From Escherichia phage vB_EcoM_JE01: a stretch of DNA of 64,000 nucleotides. Shown here piece after piece: positions 42,080 through 52,435 of this stretch. A program made the position numbers and the translations under genes. The first letter of the stretch is position 1. Each line of letters begins with the position of its first letter. The notes below the pieces were generated by a model. That model worked only from the letters and a program-made list of their open reading frames with translations. It was not told where the DNA came from and did no database searches. The stretch is from sequence record PQ471460.1; one strand, written 5' to 3'.

Positions 42080-42370
42080 ATGAAATCTTCTTTGCGCTTT
42101 TTAGGTCAAGAACTTGTAGTTGAAGGCGTTATTCCTGCTGATAACGCCTTTAATGAAGCAGTTTATGATGAATTTATCAAAATTTTTGGAACAGATAAAA
42201 AGTTCGGAATTTTTCCTTCTGAAAATTTTTCAAAGCCAGAGCAGACTGAAAGTATTTTCCAAGGTGTAGTAACAGGTAAATTTGAGTCAGAAGCTCCAGT
42301 AAAAATTGAAGTTTATATTGAAGACAGTTTAGTTGCTTCAGTTTCTGCTTTTATTTCATTCCGTAAATAA
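42080..42370 (+). CDS. hypothetical protein
   Basis: 96 aa ORF driven by cassette copy B. Confidence 0.5.
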   Translation: MKSSLRFLGQELVVEGVIPADNAFNEAVYDEFIKIFGTDKKFGIFPSENFSKPEQTESIFQGVVTGKFESEAPVKIEVYIEDSLVASVSAFISFRK

Positions 42371-42376
42371 AAATAT

Positions 42377-42394
42377 GGGGACCTTTCGGTCCCC
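42377..42394. terminator. bidirectional hairpin terminator between convergent genes
   Basis: GGGGACC-TTTC-GGTCCCC. Confidence 0.65.
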
Positions 42395-42398
42395 ATTG

Positions 42399-43364
42399 TT
42401 ATATTGCTCCTAATATTTTACTTTGCGAATTGACAATTCCCGTCATAGTATTAATGTTTGAAATGCTTCCTGCAGTTCCTCCTAATCTACTAAGTCGTGA
42501 AAGCGAATTAGATAGTCCAGTAACACCTCCACTATTTCCGAGAACGCTTTGAATGCCATTTATAGCAGCAGATTCAAGCCACTCAAGCGCAGCCTGTCTA
42601 TCAACTGACCCAGCCTGCATGACTCTATACGCAAAAGTAACATCAAATGTAGTTATTTGGTTATCTCCATCATATGATAACTCAGGAGCGCTCACTGACA
42701 CTGGAATGCATCCAGTGAACATCACCGCAGTATGAGGTAATCCATTACGAGCATGAAGATTAACCTGAATATCTGCCTCGACATCTTGTGGCAAAGCACG
42801 CAATCCAGTTACTGGGTCTTGAACAGCGTTAACCCAGTCTTGCATTGCACGATAATTACATGCTTCTGAATCCATTCTAAATGAAATAACCAAAGGGTCT
42901 AATTCTCTCCCAGTTATACGAATATTAGGAGAATTATAGTTCCAGTCAGTTTCATAGGATAATCTATTCTCTGGCATTTTTACAGAATATATCATCAATC
43001 CAGATGAGTTATATGCCATGTTAAAGAAGTCAATTAAATATGTACCAACTGTAAATGAGCCCAATAAACTTTGAACTGTACGTTGACTCATGGCACCAAT
43101 AAGATATTTACTAACCCCTGATTTTCTTATCAGTTTTTGTGTGCCAGCAGTAATTAGCGTGGTAATTCCCTGATTAATATCGCCTTGAGTCAATCCTAAC
43201 CATTCTGAATTTAGACCCAAGTTATTATAAGAAAAGTTGCTAATTGAACTTATCAACGAAGAGCTTTTAGTTGATGGAGTTGTCGCAAAAACGCAGCTAA
43301 ACATATTATTACGTTGGAAATCTGCGTTTATTGCTTGATTATTAAATTCCTCTAAAGAATACAT
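42399..43364 (-). CDS. 54: gp54 baseplate tail-tube initiator
   Basis: 321 aa, synteny 54-48-29. Confidence 0.88.
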   Translation of the reverse strand: MYSLEEFNNQAINADFQRNNMFSCVFATTPSTKSSSLISSISNFSYNNLGLNSEWLGLTQGDINQGITTLITAGTQKLIRKSGVSKYLIGAMSQRTVQSLLGSFTVGTYLIDFFNMAYNSSGLMIYSVKMPENRLSYETDWNYNSPNIRITGRELDPLVISFRMDSEACNYRAMQDWVNAVQDPVTGLRALPQDVEADIQVNLHARNGLPHTAVMFTGCIPVSVSAPELSYDGDNQITTFDVTFAYRVMQAGSVDRQAALEWLESAAINGIQSVLGNSGGVTGLSNSLSRLSRLGGTAGSISNINTMTGIVNSQSKILGAI

Positions 43365-44458
43365 TAAAAAGTCCCCGCATATAAAGAAGCACGGTTTAAC
43401 GTGATAATTTCTCTCATAGTAATCTCAAGGGTAAATGTACTAGGGAGGTTTGGAGCAATAGCTAATCCGTTAAAGTTACCATTAGGTGTTTTATCAAATC
43501 TGATACTCTGTATTTGACATGGACCAAATATTTCCGTTTTTCCATCAAACTTAGATGTTGCACCAAAGTTTTTCACCATCCAAATTGTCGGGTTTGAAAC
43601 TACTAGAACGTTAGTTAAACTCGATGTCATTTTCTCAAATAGTGTTTTATTTTTAGCTGCGTCTTCCGGAGATAAAGGTTCAATTAATGTAGAACGATAC
43701 CAATCATCTAAATACCCCTTTATTTCAGCAGCATATTGAGATTTGCCCGTTTCACCATAAGAAAAATAGTTAAAATATTGATAGATATTAATAATAGCCA
43801 TTAAATCTTCTGTGGAACGTGGAGTCAAATCCCATGTGAACACTTTAGTTCTATTTTCAGCACCACCATACATACTTCTGGCTGTCGTATAAATCTGTTC
43901 ATTATTATCAGCCATTATACCTTGCGTTATACTTTCTAGCGCACCAAATACTGCAGTTGAAGCAATATTACTTAGCACACCAGTGGCAGTACCTCCACCT
44001 CTGCTGATAAGACTTTCTTGAACATCATTAAATCTATGTGATGATGTATCAACATCGGATTTAGATCTTGGTAAAAGAATATTTGCAACAGGTGCTTTAC
44101 TTATTGTTCCTGAATTATTATCTGATATTAATCCATTTGATAGTTTTGATACTGTACTACTAATAGTGTTTCTGGCTGTACGTAAAATACTCGAAGATGA
44201 AGAAGAGTAGTTAGATCTCATCGATCTAAGACTTCCAGAATCCCTAGATGACATATTGTATGCAGTAAATAATAATCCATTCTTATATAGATCTGTTACC
44301 TGGAAGTCCCCTGTAGTGTCATTACCACTAGCACGCCCAGTTGGAAACTGGGCAGTGTATGTTTTAGTTGCTACTTCTGATTTAGTACTCTGTCCGGCTG
44401 AAATTTTCTCACCGGACTTTTTAATTAAATCAGCAGTTATTTCTTTAACAATTGCCAT
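43364..44458 (-). CDS. 48: gp48 baseplate tail-tube cap
   Basis: 364 aa, same length as T4 gp48. Confidence 0.88.
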   Translation of the reverse strand: MAIVKEITADLIKKSGEKISAGQSTKSEVATKTYTAQFPTGRASGNDTTGDFQVTDLYKNGLLFTAYNMSSRDSGSLRSMRSNYSSSSSSILRTARNTISSTVSKLSNGLISDNNSGTISKAPVANILLPRSKSDVDTSSHRFNDVQESLISRGGGTATGVLSNIASTAVFGALESITQGIMADNNEQIYTTARSMYGGAENRTKVFTWDLTPRSTEDLMAIINIYQYFNYFSYGETGKSQYAAEIKGYLDDWYRSTLIEPLSPEDAAKNKTLFEKMTSSLTNVLVVSNPTIWMVKNFGATSKFDGKTEIFGPCQIQSIRFDKTPNGNFNGLAIAPNLPSTFTLEITMREIITLNRASLYAGTF

Positions 44459-44466
44459 ATTATTCC

Positions 44467-46239
44467 TTAATTAACTCCAGTCGCATCAAATACACCAGGA
44501 GCAGTCGTGCTCGTTACGGGTGTCATATTATGAACGACAGTATTTTTCTTAACAACATTATTAGTATTATTGATCGAAGGAGATGCTTGTTGAACAGGAG
44601 CTTGTTGTGCTTTGTTCTTTTCAATAACCTGGACTTGTTTTGCTTCTGGCGATTTAGCAGAAGTTTCAGGTTTGGCATTAGGCTGATTTTTCTTGAGCTC
44701 TTGATAAGTAGCATCAATTTTAGAAAATCTAGCAGCAAGCTCTTTTTTAACTGCCGGTGAATTATTTAAATCCGGATCATCCATCCGTTTTTTAAGGTCT
44801 TCATAGGCAGCTTCAACTGATTTAACTGTTGAGTCTTTACTCATATCAGCTGAATCGGCATATTGATCAAAACGATTCATAGCAGCACGAGCTTCATTAG
44901 CTTTCATTAAAGCAATTTTAGCTTCCTCCGGAGAAAGTTGCTTTAATTTTTCTTCTTCCTCTGCCCTCTCTTCATCAGTCGTTAGTGCTTCTTTATTATC
45001 AACACCACGAATCCAGTTAGATGCACGAGTTTTCCAGTTCGCAATTTTGTCTAGTCCTTTTGCTATCGGACCAAGTTCTCCATTCATTCTTTTATATTGA
45101 TAGTTTGCAACTTTTTCTTGGTCTTCTTTGTTAAGAGAAGCATTTGTAGTATTTTGGAAATTTTCTAGTGCTCTTCCTTCTACTTCATCAGCGGTATCCT
45201 TCATGCCAGGAATGACTCGAAGAATTGCAGCAGATAATTTAGCCATACCTAATTGAATAAGCTCTCCTAAATTAAAAAGAACCTTTCCAAGCCCTTCTAC
45301 AATAGCTACAGTCAAACCACCCCAGTCTCCCGCTTCCCAGAATTTTTTAATTTCATCGATAGAACTAAAGATGCTTTGTAATAAAGGACCCCATGTTCCG
45401 GTTTCGCTAGAGAATTTAGTAAAGTCTGTACTAAACAAATCCCAAGCTTGCGAAAATTTATCTGACCAATATTTAAAGTGAACCATCAGCAGGTCTATTC
45501 CGACAACAACAGCCAATATCATTGCTGTCATTTTAGCAGCTTCAATAGCAGCACTGACGGTATACTTAAATAACATGCTTGATATTTTATCAGTAATTGA
45601 AATGGATTTCTTAAATCCAAAATCAACAGTCTTTGTTAATTTATCTAAAGCTTGAGATAATTTTAAGTTAAATGCGTCTTTTTTCTGTTTTTCTTCTGGC
45701 GATTCTTGTTTGGGCTCAACTGGCTGAGGGGTAGGGAAAAAATCAGCATCAGGATCATTATTAACTGCTTCAGGAGCTGGTAATAAAGGACCCACAGATT
45801 CAGCTGTATCGTCCTCAACAACTTTAACAGGAATAGCGCTTTCAACTGTGGCTAAACTAGTTCCAGTCTGTTGAATTCCAGCTGTCTGAATTTTTTGCTC
45901 TAGTAAACTTGTTAATTTATCTAATTTGCTCCCGAGTGATTCACCAATTTCTTTATTAATATTGTTGCCAATTTCGACAGTTTCAGCAATTAACTCAGAA
46001 CCAGCAGTAGTATCACTCACTGCGCTTTCTACGTTGTCAATTGCTCCAATTATTTCATTCGATTTTTCTTCGACAGTTTGAGCAATTAATTCAGAAGCAG
46101 CTTGAGCATCATCCAATTTCGTAGATATATCGTTAAGTCCAGATAAAGTGTTAGAAGCGGATTTAGCCGCTTCCTGTGTTGGTTTATTATCTGAAATAAC
46201 TTTTCTACGCATCGTTTGCATTTCTTGTGGCTTTTTCAT
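44467..46239 (-). CDS. 29: gp29 tail length tape-measure / baseplate hub
   Basis: 590 aa, same length as T4 gp29. Confidence 0.88.
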   Translation of the reverse strand: MKKPQEMQTMRRKVISDNKPTQEAAKSASNTLSGLNDISTKLDDAQAASELIAQTVEEKSNEIIGAIDNVESAVSDTTAGSELIAETVEIGNNINKEIGESLGSKLDKLTSLLEQKIQTAGIQQTGTSLATVESAIPVKVVEDDTAESVGPLLPAPEAVNNDPDADFFPTPQPVEPKQESPEEKQKKDAFNLKLSQALDKLTKTVDFGFKKSISITDKISSMLFKYTVSAAIEAAKMTAMILAVVVGIDLLMVHFKYWSDKFSQAWDLFSTDFTKFSSETGTWGPLLQSIFSSIDEIKKFWEAGDWGGLTVAIVEGLGKVLFNLGELIQLGMAKLSAAILRVIPGMKDTADEVEGRALENFQNTTNASLNKEDQEKVANYQYKRMNGELGPIAKGLDKIANWKTRASNWIRGVDNKEALTTDEERAEEEEKLKQLSPEEAKIALMKANEARAAMNRFDQYADSADMSKDSTVKSVEAAYEDLKKRMDDPDLNNSPAVKKELAARFSKIDATYQELKKNQPNAKPETSAKSPEAKQVQVIEKNKAQQAPVQQASPSINNTNNVVKKNTVVHNMTPVTSTTAPGVFDATGVN

Positions 46240-46769
46240 TCAAATAATCCAATAATATTGCCAATTCCGGTTATTGGACCATTAGGGCCAGGAATTGCTA
46301 AAGTTGTAAAAATATCATTTGCCCATTTTAAAACGAATGCTGGCATCTCAAGAAAATTAATTTCTTTAACTTCATCATTGACCTTAAGCAAGCACTTGGA
46401 TAACATATCGCTCACCGTTAAAAATTGTTCAAATTTTCCAGGAGGTCTAAAATAAAATGTATTTCCTTGGTATTGAAATTCCAATCTTTGGCATACATAA
46501 ACATCATTAATGTCATAAGTATAACCATCTATTTCTTTACGAGATTTAATCTTTCCATTAAATTCCAATAAATGAATAGAAACGAAATCAACTTCTGCCG
46601 GTGATAAATTTGGACAAATAGAATCGATCAAAAGTTTTAAATTTTCATCGGGTCCTTTAACATCTTTTAAAATGTTATAATGTTTAAGACCCATTTTAGG
46701 AATAGAAACTTCTTTATTGCTTATTGGAAGAACTACTTTCTTCAGTGGTAGTATCAGATTTAAATTCAT
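46236..46769 (-). CDS. 28: gp28 baseplate hub distal subunit
   Basis: 177 aa. Confidence 0.85.
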   Translation of the reverse strand: MNLNLILPLKKVVLPISNKEVSIPKMGLKHYNILKDVKGPDENLKLLIDSICPNLSPAEVDFVSIHLLEFNGKIKSRKEIDGYTYDINDVYVCQRLEFQYQGNTFYFRPPGKFEQFLTVSDMLSKCLLKVNDEVKEINFLEMPAFVLKWANDIFTTLAIPGPNGPITGIGNIIGLFE

Positions 46770-47889
46770 TTTTAACCTTAACTGGGTCTATTGTTTCCAG
46801 TTTCGTTGCATTAGTGAACATATATAGATGAGTTACTGAATTATTATTGGATAATTCATGGATGACTTCATCAACGTAAAATTCTGTTTTAAATTGGTTT
46901 TTACTATCATTAAAAATAATTTTAACGCCAGGAGTCAAGTTAAAATTACCGACAGTAGAACATTTAGCATAGCCGTCATATTGTGCCATAGTTTGAAGAC
47001 GAATAGCTTCTTCATATCCATTCCTATAAGTCATTTCAGAATAAGCACCTGACCTTGACACTACAATAGAGTTTTCGCCTTTTCCTGTAGTAATCATTGG
47101 CAATGAAGAATCTAAAAATGAATGCGCGTAGATAGTAGCGTTTTTCATTGGGTCACGTTTGTGAGGATTCGATTTAGTCAACCAAACGAAATCATATGCT
47201 AATGGATATTTTAATTCTTGGATGAATTGACCTATTAAAGATGGCTCACCGACAATCATTGGATACGGTTCTTGATTTATCATCATATCATAGTCCATCA
47301 TGTTAACTCCCATGATGTCTTGCCATACAAATACAAATTTGTCACTTCCTACAGCTAGAGCAACTTCTCTGACATATGACAAATAGTTTTCAAATGTACT
47401 AGTCCATGGAATATCAGGAACATAAGCATTTATAGCATTTATCGCTGGAGTTAATAGTGTGCGATCTTGATAAATGACACCAAGCATTTCTTTTATAGAT
47501 TCACCTGCATCAGGGAAAAACGGTCTGCCAAATTTAAGATTTTCTATAGAATGAATAGTTCCCAATTCAATAGCAATGATGTTATCACCTTTTGAATCTA
47601 CTGACACTGAAAAATGCTTACATCCATAAATTCTTGTTTTAACATTATTAATATCGTTTGCATTAGCTACAGAAATCTGAATTATTTCATTTCCATCCAT
47701 TTTTGTATGGATATTTTTAGAATCATAAAACTGCAACATTCCTTCATTTCGGCCATAAAGAGAATCCCGCATAGTTAATGTGGTAATAGTAGCAGCTAAT
47801 TCAACAAATCTATTATTACTCCAAGCGTCGTAGCTATCAAACAATTTAACGCTGAGATTTGGATATCCTGGGCGTTGCAACATACTCAT
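46714..47889 (-). CDS. 27: gp27 baseplate hub subunit
   Basis: 391 aa. Confidence 0.88.
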   Translation of the reverse strand: MSMLQRPGYPNLSVKLFDSYDAWSNNRFVELAATITTLTMRDSLYGRNEGMLQFYDSKNIHTKMDGNEIIQISVANANDINNVKTRIYGCKHFSVSVDSKGDNIIAIELGTIHSIENLKFGRPFFPDAGESIKEMLGVIYQDRTLLTPAINAINAYVPDIPWTSTFENYLSYVREVALAVGSDKFVFVWQDIMGVNMMDYDMMINQEPYPMIVGEPSLIGQFIQELKYPLAYDFVWLTKSNPHKRDPMKNATIYAHSFLDSSLPMITTGKGENSIVVSRSGAYSEMTYRNGYEEAIRLQTMAQYDGYAKCSTVGNFNLTPGVKIIFNDSKNQFKTEFYVDEVIHELSNNNSVTHLYMFTNATKLETIDPVKVKNEFKSDTTTEESSSSNKQ

Positions 47890-48638
47890 TATTGTTTATC
47901 CTTCTCAATCAGTTTTAATACGAATCCGCGCTCGGCAGGAATCATTTTCATTATTGAATTTAAGCTATAATTACTTTTTACAAGTGTGTGATTAATTTGA
48001 TAAAAAGTAAATATCTCATCTGGGTTAACTAATAGCTTAAACACATCTACTATATCAGTGTATTTTTTTACATACTTATCACAGCATGACATGTGTAGCG
48101 TTAAATTAATAGGATTCATTGCATCGAGAATTTTTTCTAATGTTTCTATCTCGATGGCGTCAACAAGCTCTATTTGACTTGATTCGCTAATTTCCTTCCA
48201 ATCATACCATGTTTCATCTACTTGAACAGAATGAATATTTTCAGTAATCATCTTTGCTTTATTTTCATAAAACTCAGAAGGAAACTTTAATTTAATTTTA
48301 ACATTAGCTACATCAAAAACAGGTTCCTTTAATTCTTTTTGATATATTTCAAATGGAACTGTCTTTTCTTTTTTACATTTTGGACATACAAATGTGACCG
48401 GTACTTTAGTTTTACCTATTGACCCTACAAATACCTGCAAAAATATAAATGGTTGCCAAGTCTTCGGATAGTCTCCAAAATAATCAGCAATTAAATCAGC
48501 AATTATTTCTTTTTGTTCTTGTGGTGACCGATGTTCTATATCGTTTCGAACTAACAAAAAATCTCGATAATCTTCTACCGTAAATGGTTTAAAACGATGA
48601 ACACCATCTGGTAATTTACAACGAATAATGTTTGCCAT
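47889..48638 (-). CDS. 51: gp51 baseplate hub assembly catalyst
   Basis: 249 aa. Confidence 0.85.
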   Translation of the reverse strand: MANIIRCKLPDGVHRFKPFTVEDYRDFLLVRNDIEHRSPQEQKEIIADLIADYFGDYPKTWQPFIFLQVFVGSIGKTKVPVTFVCPKCKKEKTVPFEIYQKELKEPVFDVANVKIKLKFPSEFYENKAKMITENIHSVQVDETWYDWKEISESSQIELVDAIEIETLEKILDAMNPINLTLHMSCCDKYVKKYTDIVDVFKLLVNPDEIFTFYQINHTLVKSNYSLNSIMKMIPAERGFVLKLIEKDKQ

Positions 48639-48655
48639 AGATGCTCCTTTTATTC

Positions 48656-48667
48656 TATTTATAAATA
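48656..48667. promoter_or_regulatory. overlapping divergent late promoters for gene 51 (-) and gene 26 (+)
   Basis: TATTTATAAATA contains TATAAATA on both strands. Confidence 0.55.
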
Positions 48668-48688
48668 TGATAAATAAAGGAGCTAAAT

Positions 48689-49315
48689 ATGTATGAATAC
48701 AAATTTGACGTGAGAGTTGGTTCTAAAATAATCAACTGTCGCGCATTTACTCTTAAAGAATATCTAGAACTTATTACTGCTAAAAAGAATGGTTCAGTCG
48801 AAGAGATCGTTAAAAAGCTAATTAAAGACTGTACAAATGCAAAAGATTTGAACCGCCAAGAATCAGAACTCTTGTTGATTCATTTATGGGCGCATTCTCT
48901 TGGGGAAGTTAATCACGAAAACTCCTGGAAGTGCACCTGCGGAACTGAAATACCAACCCATATAAATCTATTACATACGCAAATAGATGCACCAGAAGAC
49001 CTCTGGTATACACTGGGTGACATTAAAATTAAGTTCCATTACCCTAAAATTTTTGATGATAAAAATATAGCCCACATGATAGTATCATGTATAGAAACAA
49101 TTCATGCTAACGGGGAAAGCATTCCAATTGAAGACTTAAATGAAAAAGAGTTGGAAGATTTATATTCTATCATCACAGAGTCAGATATTGTAGCTATAAA
49201 AGATATGCTTTTAAAGCCTACTGTTTATTTGGCTGTTCCAATTAAATGTCCAGAGTGTGGAAAATCTCACGCTCATGTAATAAGAGGACTCAAAGAATTC
49301 TTTGAGCTATTGTAA
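48689..49315 (+). CDS. 26: gp26 baseplate hub subunit
   Basis: 208 aa. Confidence 0.85.
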   Translation: MYEYKFDVRVGSKIINCRAFTLKEYLELITAKKNGSVEEIVKKLIKDCTNAKDLNRQESELLLIHLWAHSLGEVNHENSWKCTCGTEIPTHINLLHTQIDAPEDLWYTLGDIKIKFHYPKIFDDKNIAHMIVSCIETIHANGESIPIEDLNEKELEDLYSIITESDIVAIKDMLLKPTVYLAVPIKCPECGKSHAHVIRGLKEFFELL

Positions 49316-49713
49316 TGGCAAATATTAATAAGCTTTATTCTGACATTGACCCAGAAATGAAAATGGATTGGGACAAAGATGTTTCTAGATCCCTTGGATT
49401 AAGGTCAATCAAAAATAGCCTTTTGGGAATTATTACAACCAGAAAAGGGTCAAGACCATTTGACCCAGAATTTGGATGTGATTTATCTGATCAACTTTTT
49501 GAGAATATGACTCCTCTTACTGCTGATACAGTTGAGCGTAACATTGAAAGCGCAGTAAGAAACTACGAGCCACGTATTGATAAATTAGCAGTTAATGTAA
49601 TACCGGTTTATGATGATTATACTCTGATAGTAGAAATACGCTTTTCAGTCATCGATAACCCTGATGATATTGAGCAGATAAAACTACAACTGGCTTCCAG
49701 TAACAGAGTATAA
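49315..49713 (+). CDS. 25: gp25 baseplate wedge (lysozyme-like fold)
   Basis: 132 aa, [29 protein letters not shown]…. Confidence 0.88.
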   Translation: MANINKLYSDIDPEMKMDWDKDVSRSLGLRSIKNSLLGIITTRKGSRPFDPEFGCDLSDQLFENMTPLTADTVERNIESAVRNYEPRIDKLAVNVIPVYDDYTLIVEIRFSVIDNPDDIEQIKLQLASSNRV

Positions 49714-49739
49714 TGCTTCACGTATAAACGTGGTATAAT
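49712..49739 (+). promoter_or_regulatory. possible MotA-dependent middle promoter upstream of uvsY
   Basis: AATGCTTCA, 13 nt, TATAAT. Confidence 0.45.
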
Positions 49740-49779
49740 GAATCTAAGTCCATCCAATAACAATTGAATAGAGAACAAT

Positions 49780-50193
49780 ATGAGATTAGAAGATCTTCAA
49801 GAAGAATTGAAGAAAGATGTGTTTATAGATTCGACTAAATTACAGTATGAAGCAGCTAATAATGTGATGTTATATAGTAAATGGCTTAATAAGCATTCAA
49901 GTATTAAAAAGGAAATGCTTAGAATTGAAGCACAGAAAAAAGTTGCTCTTAAAGCTAAATTAGACTACTACTCGGGACGAGGAGATGGTGATGAATTTAG
50001 TATGGATCGTTATGAAAAATCAGAAATGAAGACAGTTCTATCAGCTGATAAGGATGTTTTAAAAGTTGATACTTCATTACAATATTGGGGAATTTTATTG
50101 GATTTCTGTAGCGGAGCTCTTGATGCTATTAAATCACGTGGATTTGCTATTAAGCATATTCAAGACATGCGAGCATTTGAGGCTGGAAAATAA
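49780..50193 (+). CDS. uvsY: UvsY recombination mediator
   Basis: 137 aa, same length as T4 UvsY. Confidence 0.9.
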   Translation: MRLEDLQEELKKDVFIDSTKLQYEAANNVMLYSKWLNKHSSIKKEMLRIEAQKKVALKAKLDYYSGRGDGDEFSMDRYEKSEMKTVLSADKDVLKVDTSLQYWGILLDFCSGALDAIKSRGFAIKHIQDMRAFEAGK

Positions 50194-50417
50194 TGAAATA
50201 TAGCATTGATGATGCTTTTAATTATGAAGAAGAATTCGAAACGGAAATTCAATTCTTAATGAAAAAGTATAATCTCAAGCGTCAGGATATTCGTATCCTG
50301 GCCGACCACCCATGCGGTGAAGATGTCCTTTATATTAAAGGAAAATTTGCCGGATATCTTGATGAATATTTTTATTCTAAAGATATGGGCATTGATATGC
50401 ATATGAGAGTTATATAA
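50193..50417 (+). CDS. hypothetical protein (uvsY.-1-like)
   Basis: 74 aa ORF overlapping uvsY stop. Confidence 0.5.
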   Translation: MKYSIDDAFNYEEEFETEIQFLMKKYNLKRQDIRILADHPCGEDVLYIKGKFAGYLDEYFYSKDMGIDMHMRVI

Positions 50418-50420
50418 ATA
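50413..50420 (+). promoter_or_regulatory. late promoter TATAAATA
   Basis: exact TATAAATA about 25 nt upstream of ATG 50446. Confidence 0.5.
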
Positions 50421-50445
50421 GATATATAATTTAGAGGAGACAATC

Positions 50446-50613
50446 ATGTCAGATAAGATTTGTGTTGTCTGTAAAACTCCAATCGATTCTGCATTGGTTG
50501 TTGAAACAGACAAAGGTCCTGTACATCCTGGGCCTTGCTATAATTATATTAAAGAACTACCAGTTTCAGAAAGTTCGGAAGAACAATTAAATGAAACTCA
50601 ACTTTTGCTATAG
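50446..50613 (+). CDS. small Cys-containing protein (55 aa; uvsY.-2-like)
   Basis: MSDKICVVCKTPIDSALVVETDKGPVHPGPCYNY…; AGGAGA SD; below ORF-track cutoff. Confidence 0.4.
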   Translation: MSDKICVVCKTPIDSALVVETDKGPVHPGPCYNYIKELPVSESSEEQLNETQLLL

Positions 50614-50636
50614 TGTGACCTTTAGTCTATAGTTTT

Positions 50637-50667
50637 GGCCCTTCCTTTTTGGTTGGGCCTTTTTTAA
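50637..50667 (+). terminator. hairpin plus T-run
   Basis: GGCCC…GGGCC followed by TTTTTT. Confidence 0.5.
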
Positions 50668-50668
50668 T

Positions 50669-50899
50669 TTAAAAGCTTTCTTCTACTTCATCGTCTGAAT
50701 CTTCTAATTCAGCTCTTTTTCCTGCCAAAGCATCTCTCACAGAGATGTCATCAGTATCTTTTAATTCAGTTTCTTTAACTCTTTTCTTGTAATAAGCTTC
50801 AAGTTCTTCTAGACCTTCTAATGTTTGACAAGAGGCAATTTTACCCATAAATTCATCAATAGAAGCTTCATAAAGAAATTGTTTAAATTCTAGTAACAT
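50669..50899 (-). CDS. uvsW.1: UvsW.1
   Basis: 76 aa from ATG with GGAG SD (ORF track extends to a TTG start). Confidence 0.75.
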   Translation of the reverse strand: MLLEFKQFLYEASIDEFMGKIASCQTLEGLEELEAYYKKRVKETELKDTDDISVRDALAGKRAELEDSDDEVEESF

Positions 50900-50910
50900 C
50901 TTTTTCTCCA

Positions 50911-50926
50911 AAGGGCCGAAGCCCTT
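50911..50926 (-). promoter_or_regulatory. hairpin between uvsW stop and uvsW.1 SD
   Basis: AAGGGC-CGAA-GCCCTT overlapping the uvsW stop codon. Confidence 0.45.
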
Positions 50927-52433
50927 ATAAATTAACTGTTTTCATTACGTAATTAAATTTTTCATCTGCGTAGCGCTGAATACGATCAATGCCGTGTTTT
51001 AAAAGATAGTTCAAATGAACATATTTCTTTTTCGTATTAGCAGATTTTGGCTTGACGCCACAATCATCAATGAGGTCCCAGACCGTTGCGATTGTTTTAG
51101 AACCATGCTTACGTAATACACGACCTATTGTTTGCAATACAATAATTTTAGATTTAACGCCGTGCGCTAAAACAACGTGATGCAGATTTTTAACTGAAAT
51201 ACCAGTAGAAAATACACCATAACTAGCTACTATAATTATTCCTTTACCGTTTTCAGCTAAGGTTTTCATTACGTTGCGTGTTTCAGTATCAACTTCCCCT
51301 GATACGTAATAAACTTTATCGTATTCATTTTTAATTAAATCGAAAATAGCTTTACCATGTGATACATGTTTAAACATGACAAAAGCGTTTTCATCTTTTT
51401 GTGCAAGTTTAATAGCTAATTTAGCGATCCATTTATTTCTTTTACTGAGCCCAGTAATAATTTTTATTTCTTCTTGGTAAGTTTTTCCCTTTAATTTAGT
51501 AGTGAACTCATCAGGATAGCGAAGAAAAATACTATTAATTTTTAACTCAGTTACTTGTCCATCTTCCATTAATTTAGAAGTCGTTACTGGCTTAAATATT
51601 TCACCAAACATTCCAACATACTGCATGATATTAGCTTTGCCATCACGCAATGAACCCGATAGACCAAATTTGAACATGCAGTTATTTAAACCTGATATGA
51701 TAGATGAAATACTTTTTCCTGTGGCAAGATGGCATTCATCATTCATCATCATTCCAAACTGCGAGAACCATTCTTTTGGTTGTTTTACTACAGTTTGCCA
51801 TGTACCAACAATTACCGGTGCATCATTTTTATATTTATCATCTTTTGATGCTCCGCCGCCGATTTTCTTTATCATTGCATGACTGAATAAACGATAATCA
51901 ACAAAGTCATCAGCCATCTGAGTTGTTAAAGCAGTTGTTGGAACAATGATAAGAATTTTACCTTCATAATTTTCCAAATAATAACGTGCAAGCAAAGCTT
52001 GAATTAAAGATTTACCTGCGGATGTTGGAAGATTAAGAATTCTACGACGATTAACTAACCCTTCGAACACTGCATCTTTTTGATACCAATGCGGTTCAAT
52101 TCTTTTATTTCCTGAATAGATTTCTAACTTAGAAAGCCATTCATCAAAATCTTTTCTTGATAATTCTTCTTTTTCGTTAATTTGCGGGTCAATCCAAGCT
52201 TTATAGCCAAAGTTATCACAGAACTTTTTAATTTGTCCGACTAAACCAAACGGAAGAAGGCGATTATAATCTAAAAGACGGATTCGTCCATCCCAGTTGC
52301 CATATCTGAAGCGAGGATTAAACCTATATCCATCGGCCTCAAACGAAAAGAAATCTCTTAATTCGTGGAACGTGCTCTCTTCACAATCGATGCGTACATG
52401 ACTGAAGTCGTGAAAATGTACTTTAATATCCAT
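50925..52433 (-). CDS. uvsW: UvsW SF2 DNA helicase
   Basis: 502 aa; helicase motifs (Walker A-like TSAGKS, DECH box). Confidence 0.93.
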   Translation of the reverse strand: MDIKVHFHDFSHVRIDCEESTFHELRDFFSFEADGYRFNPRFRYGNWDGRIRLLDYNRLLPFGLVGQIKKFCDNFGYKAWIDPQINEKEELSRKDFDEWLSKLEIYSGNKRIEPHWYQKDAVFEGLVNRRRILNLPTSAGKSLIQALLARYYLENYEGKILIIVPTTALTTQMADDFVDYRLFSHAMIKKIGGGASKDDKYKNDAPVIVGTWQTVVKQPKEWFSQFGMMMNDECHLATGKSISSIISGLNNCMFKFGLSGSLRDGKANIMQYVGMFGEIFKPVTTSKLMEDGQVTELKINSIFLRYPDEFTTKLKGKTYQEEIKIITGLSKRNKWIAKLAIKLAQKDENAFVMFKHVSHGKAIFDLIKNEYDKVYYVSGEVDTETRNVMKTLAENGKGIIIVASYGVFSTGISVKNLHHVVLAHGVKSKIIVLQTIGRVLRKHGSKTIATVWDLIDDCGVKPKSANTKKKYVHLNYLLKHGIDRIQRYADEKFNYVMKTVNL

Positions 52434-52435
52434 AA

